The notes under the pieces are model-generated. The model was not told where the DNA came from. It worked only from the letters and a program-made list of their open reading frames with translations, and ran no database searches. Position numbers and translations under genes: made by a program. 37,677 bases of DNA, taken from positions 1 to 37,677 of the IMG/VR virus record IMGVR_UViG_3300024324_000038. One strand, given 5' to 3'. The stretch comes from a virus. Lineage: Duplodnaviria; Caudoviricetes. Positions 37,630-37,677 of the stretch are shown here, piece by piece (position 1 is the stretch's first letter; each line of letters starts with the position of its first letter).

Positions 37630-37677
37630 TATCACAAGAACAACAAGTAAAAAACGAAATATTAGTTAAACATAAAA
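37626..37677 (+). CDS. Start of next gene, probably terminase large subunit gp17 (3'-truncated)
   Basis: ATGA overlap with the gp16 stop; frame open to the window end (MISQEQQVKNEILVKHK). Identity inferred from synteny only. Confidence 0.5.
   Translation, partial: MISQEQQVKNEILVKHK

Noticed and set aside
1-37677. CRISPR array, tRNA, intron/intein, DGR or alternative genetic code
   Set aside because: By eye I found no spaced nucleotide repeats, cloverleaf, splicing motifs or reverse transcriptase. TAA, TAG and TGA all end conserved genes at expected positions. A tool-based scan was not possible.

Overview
AT-rich fragment of a large T4-like (marine-type) myophage genome covering the baseplate-to-neck module: gp6 (5'-truncated), a 2353-aa gp7-like protein, gp8, a VrlC/DUF4815-type protein, two small ORFs, two very large multidomain virion proteins (2343 and 1159 aa), and a Cys/Gly-rich fibre-like protein with a tail assembly chaperone. 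An accessory cassette follows (GT9 heptosyltransferase-like, NodU/TobZ-family carbamoyltransferase, HldD, and an inverted HldE + cupin pair), then two small membrane proteins and gp13-gp14-gp15-gp16 plus the probable start of gp17. T4-type late boxes (TATAAATA) precede several genes. Most unusual: (1) the virion proteins carry many candidate metal sites (about 35 HxH motifs in two repeat families, cupredoxin domains, a PQQ sugar-dehydrogenase-type propeller inside gp7, and a Cys mini-motif inserted even into gp8 and gp13), often nested domain-within-domain; (2) an ADP-heptose + heptosyltransferase + carbamoyltransferase cassette sits inside the structural module and could be a virion, cell-surface or DNA modification system. 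All calls come from motif recognition by eye; no database search was run.
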